Source: Candidatus Latescibacterota bacterium (GTDB taxonomy: Bacteria; Latescibacterota; UBA2968; GCA-2709665). From it: 64,000 nt of DNA. Under the pieces are notes generated by a model, which was not told the DNA's origin, ran no database searches, and saw only the letters and a list, made by a program, of their open reading frames with translations. How positions within the stretch are numbered: the stretch's first letter is position 1; each line of letters opens with the position of its first letter. The position numbers and the translations under genes were made by a program. Of the stretch, positions 57,236 to 64,000 are shown in pieces. Location of the stretch: positions 2,592,001-2,656,000 of the forward strand of contig OZ241917.1 in the NCBI GenBank assembly GCA_965203805.1, read 5' to 3'.

Positions 57236-57310
57236 TTGACGGCGTCTTGAAAAATGACTATATTATCGTCAAATTACTGCGAAAAATGACGACAACATAG
57301 TCAAATGACA
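57236..57310 (+). promoter_or_regulatory. Promoter plus duplicated TGAC-N9-GTCA operator-like boxes overlapping the start codon
   Basis: TTGACG-N17-TATATT; GAAAAATGAC-N9-GTCAAATKAC twice at 32-bp period. Confidence 0.6.
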
Positions 57311-58456
57311 ATTCCGCGTATATTTGACGCCCCCCGGAAGAGCTTCTTTCTCCTGGGACCTCGTGGCGTTGGAAAAAGCACCTATCTGCGACTGGCGTTT
57401 CCGGATGCGCACGTCATCAATCTGCTCGCCGAGGATACGTACCAGCGCCTGCTTGCGAATCCGGGTCTCCTTGCCGCGGAACTGCGCGCCGTGCCCGATG
57501 ACCGGTGGGTGGTTCTGGACGAGATGCAGAGATTGCCGGCGTTGCTCAACGAAGTTCACCGGTTTATCGAAGAAAAGCGAATGCGCTTCGTATTGTGCGG
57601 GTCCAGTGCAAGAAAACTCAAACGGGAAGGTGTCAACCTGCTCGCGGGCCGCGCCCTGAATCGCGCGATGCATCCCTTTACTCCCGAGGAGTTGGGCGAA
57701 CGGTTCGCGCTCGACGACGCCTTGCAACACGGACTGCTGCCCATTGTATGGGATTCGGAGGACAGGGCGGAGACACTGGTTGCCTATACGCAGATGTATC
57801 TCAAAGAGGAGATACAAGCCGAGGCACTCGTGCGGAATCTGCCCGGATTCGCACGCTTTCTCCCGGTTGCGGCGCTCTTTCACGGCCAGACCTTCAACGT
57901 GACCAACATCGCAAGAGAAGCTCAGGTTGCGCGCACGACAGTGACGGGATACCTGCAGATCCTGGAGGAAACACTTCTCTGCTTTCAACTTCCTGCATAC
58001 GAGACCCGATTGCGCGTGCGCGAACGCAAAATGCCAAAATGGTACTGGTGCGACCCCGGTCTCGTACGGGCGATGAAACGGGTCACGACGCCTCCCGCCC
58101 CGGAGGAGCGCGGCGCTCTCTTCGAAGGCCTGATTGCCCAGTTGATCCGTGCGTATACAGACTACCGTCATCTCTGCGACGTGTGCTTCTATTGGTCGAC
58201 CGCGGCGCAGACCGGTACTGAGGTGGACTTCCTGCTCAAGCGCGGCGGGGAATTCGTGGCAATCGAAGTCAAATCCGCCGGCGCGTTCGCGGAATCCTGG
58301 TGCAAGGGGCTGAGGGCGCTTACCGAGCTGCCGGGACTTTGCCGCAGGCTTGTCGTTTATCCCGACGGGCCTGAATTACGGACCGCTGACGGTATCGAAG
58401 TCCTCCCGTTTTCGCAATTCTCCAACCTGTTGGCCACCGATACGCTGTGGCCGTGA
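57305..58456 (+). CDS. AAA_14 ATPase + DUF4143 protein
   Basis: GPRGVGKS, LDEMQ, CGSS, LAGR, EVDF..AIEVK. Confidence 0.9.
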   Translation: MTIPRIFDAPRKSFFLLGPRGVGKSTYLRLAFPDAHVINLLAEDTYQRLLANPGLLAAELRAVPDDRWVVLDEMQRLPALLNEVHRFIEEKRMRFVLCGSSARKLKREGVNLLAGRALNRAMHPFTPEELGERFALDDALQHGLLPIVWDSEDRAETLVAYTQMYLKEEIQAEALVRNLPGFARFLPVAALFHGQTFNVTNIAREAQVARTTVTGYLQILEETLLCFQLPAYETRLRVRERKMPKWYWCDPGLVRAMKRVTTPPAPEERGALFEGLIAQLIRAYTDYRHLCDVCFYWSTAAQTGTEVDFLLKRGGEFVAIEVKSAGAFAESWCKGLRALTELPGLCRRLVVYPDGPELRTADGIEVLPFSQFSNLLATDTLWP

Positions 58457-58468
58457 GGGTATGCTAAG

Positions 58469-58729
58469 ATGAGTGCGTATAGAAGCTTCAGGGACTATCA
58501 CATTGAGCAGTTGCGCGATCCGGAGGACGCGAAGGTATATCTAACCGTTGCGCTTGACGATTATGAAAAAAATGGGGACAGCGAAGCGTTCTTGCTGGCG
58601 GTCAGAGACGTTGCGGAGGCGCAGGGCGGTATGTCCAGGTTAGCTGAGCGGGTCGGCCTGACTCGTGAGGGACTTTACAAGGGCTTTTTCAAAAATGGGA
58701 ATCCGCATCTCAAATCGATGGGCGAATAG
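58469..58729 (+). CDS. Addiction-module antidote HTH protein (HI1420-like), probably truncated; no toxin partner
   Basis: YL..AL....D..AFLLAVRDVAEAQGGMSRLAERVGLTREGLYK...GNP. Confidence 0.7.
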   Translation: MSAYRSFRDYHIEQLRDPEDAKVYLTVALDDYEKNGDSEAFLLAVRDVAEAQGGMSRLAERVGLTREGLYKGFFKNGNPHLKSMGE

Positions 58730-58779
58730 GCGGAACTGATAGGACCGCGCTCAATTTGTAACTTACCCAACTCACTCGG

Positions 58780-59943
58780 TCACCAATCCCGAAGCATGCC
58801 TTTGACTTTGTCAAGAACCTCTTGTGGCATCTCCTGTTCATTCGGAGAGTTCTGAATCGGTATGTAGTTTAGTGCCCATCCTATCGCTCTCATCTTAGCC
58901 TTAGCTTGGGCAAGTCTAAGTATAACAGAAGGCTCATTGGTTTCATTGTCCTCAGAAGGTTCGAGTTCGCGCCAACTTTCCTCAATTTCACCTTCGCTGA
59001 GATCGGGTAGCTGTTCGAAATGTTCCACGAGATCTTCGACTCGCGGAAACGTCTTCAACTGCTCTTGAAGATTCGATAGGTTCTCCTCGCCCAAAAAAGA
59101 TCGAAGATGTGCAAAATTGACAGGATCAAAAAAGATGCCTACCGGTCCTCCATATCCCCATTTCTTGTAGCCTTCGACAGGAAATATGCTCATCGGATAA
59201 ACTAAAACGTAAAGATAAACAAGCTGACGCAAGAGTATGTTCGCCCGAGATAGAAAGTAGAAAAAGGTATAAAATGATAATCTATCGTGACCCCCACTTA
59301 GTGTAACTACCGACTCCTCAATTTTAGGGCTATGATTGTAGGCACAGCTCACTTGGTAAAATTCAAGAAGAACCTTACGCAGACGAGAAACTCTTTCACT
59401 ATCCACATAGTCTCGAGTAGGTAAATTCTCGAACACATACTCAAGCATATTTCGGAATGGTGGTTTGGCCTTTTTTCCTTTTAACCATTGATAATATGGC
59501 TGATATTTACTCTTATCGGAACGTAAAGACCAATATAAATGTAGAATTGCCAATTCCATAAATGGCCGTAACAGAGTAAACGCAGCAAGAAGGTTTTTGT
59601 TCAAGAGACTCGCTCCGATTTCTCTGAGATATACCAAACTCTCACAATAACAATAATGTCGATTTGTTACCTGATCAGTTTCTCGGAATGTAATCTCAAG
59701 GATATCTTGAAATTGGGTGTATGCACTAAAACCCCGACTAAACTCGTTCAGATCTTTATCAATAGTCTCATGTTCTCTTGCTCCGTTGATAAGTTCAATC
59801 GCGAAGGGGTTGAGTTGGGATTCTGGGATATTTAAGACTTCGAATATTGCTTTCTCTCGTGGTTCGCCTTGGAAATAATCACCGATCCCTGTAAATACTA
59901 CGTCATTGTCGATGGCGAAATGGTTCAAGAGTTCCTCATTCAT
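58780..59943 (-). CDS. Low-GC hypothetical protein, DUF5677/HEPN-like
   Basis: LLRPFME and FYQVSCAYNH motifs; AT-rich. Confidence 0.6.
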   Translation of the reverse strand: MNEELLNHFAIDNDVVFTGIGDYFQGEPREKAIFEVLNIPESQLNPFAIELINGAREHETIDKDLNEFSRGFSAYTQFQDILEITFRETDQVTNRHYCYCESLVYLREIGASLLNKNLLAAFTLLRPFMELAILHLYWSLRSDKSKYQPYYQWLKGKKAKPPFRNMLEYVFENLPTRDYVDSERVSRLRKVLLEFYQVSCAYNHSPKIEESVVTLSGGHDRLSFYTFFYFLSRANILLRQLVYLYVLVYPMSIFPVEGYKKWGYGGPVGIFFDPVNFAHLRSFLGEENLSNLQEQLKTFPRVEDLVEHFEQLPDLSEGEIEESWRELEPSEDNETNEPSVILRLAQAKAKMRAIGWALNYIPIQNSPNEQEMPQEVLDKVKGMLRDW

Positions 59944-60035
59944 TCTTCTATTCCTCGAGATATATCCATTTAGGATATGGTGACGTTGAGATCCCGTCCG
60001 TCTGTTTCATTCCAAGATAACTACGGAAAAAGACA

Positions 60036-61391
60036 ATGACGAATCAAGAACACGTCAAATGGCTTAGGGAAGGCGTTGAAGCATGGAACAAGAGACGCGA
60101 GACAAGGAGGTTTATACCTCTCCTCTCCGGTGCTAATCTAAGAAGGGTTAACCTGAGCGGCGGCGATCTCTCCGGTGCCTACATGGGCGGTGCTGATCTG
60201 CTTGGCGCCGATTTGAGCGACGCGCACCTCACATTTGTCGATCTAAGCGACACTATCCTCGTGTCCGCCAATCTAAGTGGTGCCAACCTCGCATCTGCCG
60301 ACCTGAGCGGTGCAAACCTCATTAATGCGAATCTGAGTCGTGCTAACTTGCGTGGTGCCGATCTGAGCGGCGCTTTGCTAACACAAACGGAGCCGTGGAA
60401 AGCTAAACTATATATCACCGCCAAAGATAGCGGGACAATTCAAGGTACAACGGACGCAGCCGGCGACGACGAAAGGAAGAAAATCAAGAGCATTGAGAGT
60501 TTGTTACTCGAATGCCGCGATCTGCGAGACAGATACAGAGACGATATCCTATTCTATTTTCGAGGAGATAGTCGCACCTCAAGGGAATTGAGGCCCTCCG
60601 TAATGCGGCCTTCTCCAGCGGGTGAATTTCCCTTTCGTGCGTGCGAGGGAGAGATGCTGCTAGATCTCATGTCGCGTCAGCCAGAGGCATTTGGTGGTTT
60701 GACGCTGGCAATTGACCAATGGGTGCTTGCACAGCATCACGGACTCAAGACACGACTTCTAGACATCACGCGAAACCCACTCGTTGCACTGTTCAATGTC
60801 TGCAAAAAACACGACATACAACGCGGCTCTGACATGGAGGATGGGTGCTTGCATGTATTCGCGGTACCACGAGACATGGTTAAACCGTTTAATAGTGATA
60901 CGATTAGCATTGTCGCCAATTATTCTAAACTTCGGCGAAGCGAGCAGACTCATCTATTGGGTAAAGACTCTCTTGACCCGCAGGATAAATCCGTGTTTAC
61001 GAGATATGACCGAGTCTTGAGTCGCCTTTACAATTTTATACGGCATGAGAAACCGTCCTTCCAGGAGAAAATCGATCCGAGAGACCTGTTCCGTGTCTTT
61101 GTAGTTGAGCCTCAATGGTCATTCCAACGACTCCGGGCACAGTCTGGGGCTTTTCTCCTATCGGCCTTTCACGAAAGATTCGAGCGCGATGAAATCCTGA
61201 AGTGGAACACCGAAATACCAGTTTACGACCATTACACGTTGACGGTTTCGGGAGAGAGGAAGGGATATATCATGGATGAACTGCGTTTGTTGAATATCAC
61301 TCATGAGAGTCTCTTTCCCGGCCTTGATGAGGCTGCGAAGGCGGTCATACAACGCTATTCCAACGAGAGATCAACGAACAGTGAAGACTGA
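60036..61391 (+). CDS. Pentapeptide-repeat + FRG domain fusion protein
   Basis: A(D/N)LSG repeats; [30 protein letters not shown]. Confidence 0.88.
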   Translation: MTNQEHVKWLREGVEAWNKRRETRRFIPLLSGANLRRVNLSGGDLSGAYMGGADLLGADLSDAHLTFVDLSDTILVSANLSGANLASADLSGANLINANLSRANLRGADLSGALLTQTEPWKAKLYITAKDSGTIQGTTDAAGDDERKKIKSIESLLLECRDLRDRYRDDILFYFRGDSRTSRELRPSVMRPSPAGEFPFRACEGEMLLDLMSRQPEAFGGLTLAIDQWVLAQHHGLKTRLLDITRNPLVALFNVCKKHDIQRGSDMEDGCLHVFAVPRDMVKPFNSDTISIVANYSKLRRSEQTHLLGKDSLDPQDKSVFTRYDRVLSRLYNFIRHEKPSFQEKIDPRDLFRVFVVEPQWSFQRLRAQSGAFLLSAFHERFERDEILKWNTEIPVYDHYTLTVSGERKGYIMDELRLLNITHESLFPGLDEAAKAVIQRYSNERSTNSED

Positions 61392-61852
61392 TACTTCGCA
61401 CGAGTTCAATCAGGAAATTACCGGTTGGTTCATTCATCGCAAATGGCTGGAGGCAATACGACATGCACGGCAGCGTGTTGAAAGGGTTCAAGATCGCCGG
61501 TATTAGGATTACCGGGTCAGAACTGACGTCGGCTTTTAAGTCGGAGTCTAAGGACTGCGATTATTGCATGAAGCGTGGTGGTTCGGGGCTCAGCTTAGCG
61601 TGAAACCTTAGTTCTGCGCATCGTGAAAGGAAAATGTCCTCTTATCGAATTACCCAACGGAATTTCGAGGCTTCCCTTGCCAGAGCAGTTCGATCGGATT
61701 TCGAGTTGTTCGATCATTTTAGTTCCGCGCTAATCTACCTCTGTGGTAGTGTCGGCAAAGCGCTTTATAACTACGGCAATTTCGGTGAAGGTGATGTTGA
61801 CCACGCCCAACTGACATCGGCTTCGTGTGAGAACCGGCGACCGTCCCCATAG

Positions 61853-61884
61853 AAGAAGGCACCCGCTTTCGCAGGTGCCTTCTT
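61853..61884 (-). terminator. Rho-independent terminator after tRNA-Leu
   Basis: AAGAAGGCACC..GGTGCCTTCTT hairpin. Confidence 0.7.
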
Positions 61885-61890
61885 TCGTTC

Positions 61891-61977
<87 letters not shown>

Positions 61978-62129
61978 GTCGTTGGACCCGGGACCGACAA
62001 ATATCCCCATCGACGCTCAAGCTGTCAAGAGGAAACCGGCAACTTTACGCGCAGCAGGAGAACCTTCGTCAGACTGACGGCCTCCTCTGCATGACAGTTC
62101 AGGAGCACCCGTGACGGCAGCGCCGAACG

Positions 62130-62768
62130 CTACGGCCTTCGATCCGCCACGGGAGGCCCGAGAATCTCATGGTAGATGATCGCCTTGCGGACCGTTTGCG
62201 GCTTGAAATCGAGCCGGATCCTGCGACGGCGGGCTCGGCGGCGAGGCGCCAGAGCCGGCGGCAGGTCCTCCAGCAAGTCGTCCGCCCCGTTTTCCGCCGC
62301 GGCTTCAGACCCGTCGCGAGGCCGTTCAGCCGGCGGACCTCCGCTTTCGGCTCCGCGGGGGCGCCCATCGTCGGGGCGGTCGAAATCCACCTCCCTGAAT
62401 TCGACCCCTTCGTACTCCTCACTCACCGGCCGCGTGCCCCGGACTTCCCGAAACTCGATTCCGCCACGGGGCTCGTCCACGGGGCGAGCGCCCCGAATCT
62501 CCCGGAACTCCTCTCCCGTCGGCGCTTCGCTCACCGGCCGCGTGCCCCTGACCTCTCTGAACTCCCGCCCCGCGGGCGGCTGCCCAAAGGGTTGCTGTTC
62601 CGGAAAGACGTCATCCTCGGAAGGGTCGACGTCCGGCCCGCCCAACGGGGGCAGATCCAGGTCCTCATCCTCCAGTTCCCGGCGCCGCCGGGATTCCAGG
62701 ACCTTGTTGATCAGAGAGGAAATCAAGCCCGTTACGATCAGCAGGAGTATGGTGAATTCGAAACTCAT
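62130..62768 (-). CDS. Membrane-anchored acidic protein with 18-aa repeats (third gene of nfeD-floA operon)
   Basis: N-terminal TM; EFRE(V/I)RG.RPV x3-4; C-terminal RKAIIYHEILGPP. Confidence 0.75.
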   Translation of the reverse strand: MSFEFTILLLIVTGLISSLINKVLESRRRRELEDEDLDLPPLGGPDVDPSEDDVFPEQQPFGQPPAGREFREVRGTRPVSEAPTGEEFREIRGARPVDEPRGGIEFREVRGTRPVSEEYEGVEFREVDFDRPDDGRPRGAESGGPPAERPRDGSEAAAENGADDLLEDLPPALAPRRRARRRRIRLDFKPQTVRKAIIYHEILGPPVADRRP

Positions 62769-62771
62769 GCC

Positions 62772-63770
62772 TTACGACTCACTCCTGTCCGTATCATTCT
62801 CCGCACCCTCCTGGGTGTCGGCGATCCCCTCACGCATCGAGGTATCGGCCTGGATATTCTGCATGCGGTAATAGTCCATCACGCCCAGATTGCCGCTGCG
62901 GAACGCCTCGGCCATCGCGCGCGGCACCTCGGCCTCGGCCTCCACGACGCGCGCCCGCATCTCCACGACCCTCGCGCTCATCTCCTGCTCGTGCGCGACC
63001 GCCATCGCCCGCCGTTCTTCCGCTTTGGCCCGCGCAATCTTAAGGTCGGCCTCGGCCTGGTCCGTCTGAAGTTTCGCCCCGATATTGTCGCCCACGTCCA
63101 CGTCCGCGATATCGATCGACAGGATCTCGTACGCCGTGCCCGAATCCAGCCCCTTCCCCAACACGGTTTTCGAGATCAGGTCCGGATTCTCCAAAACGGC
63201 CTTGTGCGTTTCCGAAGATCCGATCGTCGTCACGATCCCTTCGCCGACGCGCGCGACGATCGTTTCTTCACCGGCCCCGCCCACGAGCCGGTCGATGTTG
63301 GCGCGCACCGTCACCCGGGACGTGGCCTTGACCTGGATGCCGTCCTTCGCCACGGCCGTGACCATGGGCGTGGAAATCACTTTGGGATTGACGCTGACCT
63401 GGACGGCCTCCAGCACGTTTCGGCCTGCCAGGTCGATGGCCGCCGCCCGCTCCGTGGTGAGATTGATCCCGGCTTTGTCAGCCGCAATAAGGGCCGTTAC
63501 CACGTTCTCCACGTGTCCTCCGGCCAGGTAATGCGCTTCCAGGAAGGAGGTCGGAATCGCCAGGCCCGCCTTGGTGGCGCTGATCTGCGACCCCAGGATG
63601 ATTCGCGGGGGAACGCGCCGCAGGCGCATCCCCACCAGTTCCCCGATGCCGATTCGGACGCGGGCCGCAAGGGCCGAGATCCAGAGCCCGACCGGGATGA
63701 AATAGAAGAATAGGAACAGCGCAACGACGACGGCGACAACAATGACCAGAAGTAAAGCTGCATCGACCAT
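62772..63770 (-). CDS. floA: Flotillin-like protein FloA (YqfA family)
   Basis: [37 protein letters not shown]. Confidence 0.93.
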   Translation of the reverse strand: MVDAALLLVIVVAVVVALFLFFYFIPVGLWISALAARVRIGIGELVGMRLRRVPPRIILGSQISATKAGLAIPTSFLEAHYLAGGHVENVVTALIAADKAGINLTTERAAAIDLAGRNVLEAVQVSVNPKVISTPMVTAVAKDGIQVKATSRVTVRANIDRLVGGAGEETIVARVGEGIVTTIGSSETHKAVLENPDLISKTVLGKGLDSGTAYEILSIDIADVDVGDNIGAKLQTDQAEADLKIARAKAEERRAMAVAHEQEMSARVVEMRARVVEAEAEVPRAMAEAFRSGNLGVMDYYRMQNIQADTSMREGIADTQEGAENDTDRSES

Positions 63771-63819
63771 GATACGACTCCTTGTATCTGCGAACGATCG
63801 GACTCAACTGGCGACGTCT

Positions 63820-64000
63820 CTACCGGGCATCCTCGGTTTTTCGAACCACAACCCGGTTGCCTTCGACCTCGACGACCTTGATCCGGCAATCCCTTTCGAT
63901 GAACTCCCCGTCGGCAGCCACGTTGACGCGACGCCCGTCGATCAGACCCATACCGGATGGTCGCAGGGGCGTGGCGGCCACACCCTCCTTGCCAAGAAGC
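63820..64000 (-). CDS. nfeD: NfeD C-terminal OB domain (partial, runs off window)
   Basis: Manual translation LLGKEGVAATPLRPSG...DGEFIE...VVEVEGNRVVV. Confidence 0.85.
   Translation of the reverse strand, partial: LLGKEGVAATPLRPSGMGLIDGRRVNVAADGEFIERDCRIKVVEVEGNRVVVRKTEDAR

Noticed and set aside
61634-61852. 72-aa ORF with SD next to the tRNA terminator
   Set aside because: No recognisable motif; may be a gene fragment but cannot be supported
62169-63713. 514-aa plus-strand ORF (likewise 23414-24715, 7286-8464, 36861-38054)
   Set aside because: Antisense shadows of well-supported genes

Overview
GC-rich bacterial chromosome segment. Several PhyH-family dioxygenases, TA remnants and AAA_14-DUF4143 ATPases suggest a Latescibacterota/Poribacteria-like host-associated lineage (inference only). 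Core genes: a TolC-MFP-RND efflux operon, an M16 peptidase, sugar/PLP enzymes, frdABCD with fumC and a LysR regulator, a ColD/ColC-like nucleotide-sugar cluster, meaB with a B12-binding subunit, alkA, an ABC exporter, tRNA-Leu(CAA) and an nfeD-floA operon. These are interleaved with accessory or defence patches: AAA_14-DUF4143, Schlafen/AlbA_2-HATPase, a PIN TA pair, a XamI-type RM pair, a PHP-ATPase, a pentapeptide-FRG fusion, and IS5, IS21 and IS1182-like remnants. The most striking unexplained signal is a set of very short hairpin elements. One family is 19-37 bp with CCTGCCTGC...GCAGGCAGG ends; the other is about 23 bp with a TGAGCTTGTCGAA core. The CCTGCCTGC family inserts without target-site duplication and is mostly a multiple of 3 in length, and both families nest inside related copies. 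The CCTGCCTGC family has hit an otherwise intact IS5 three times and sits in frame in tolC. Filled and empty versions of the same sites are visible within the window.
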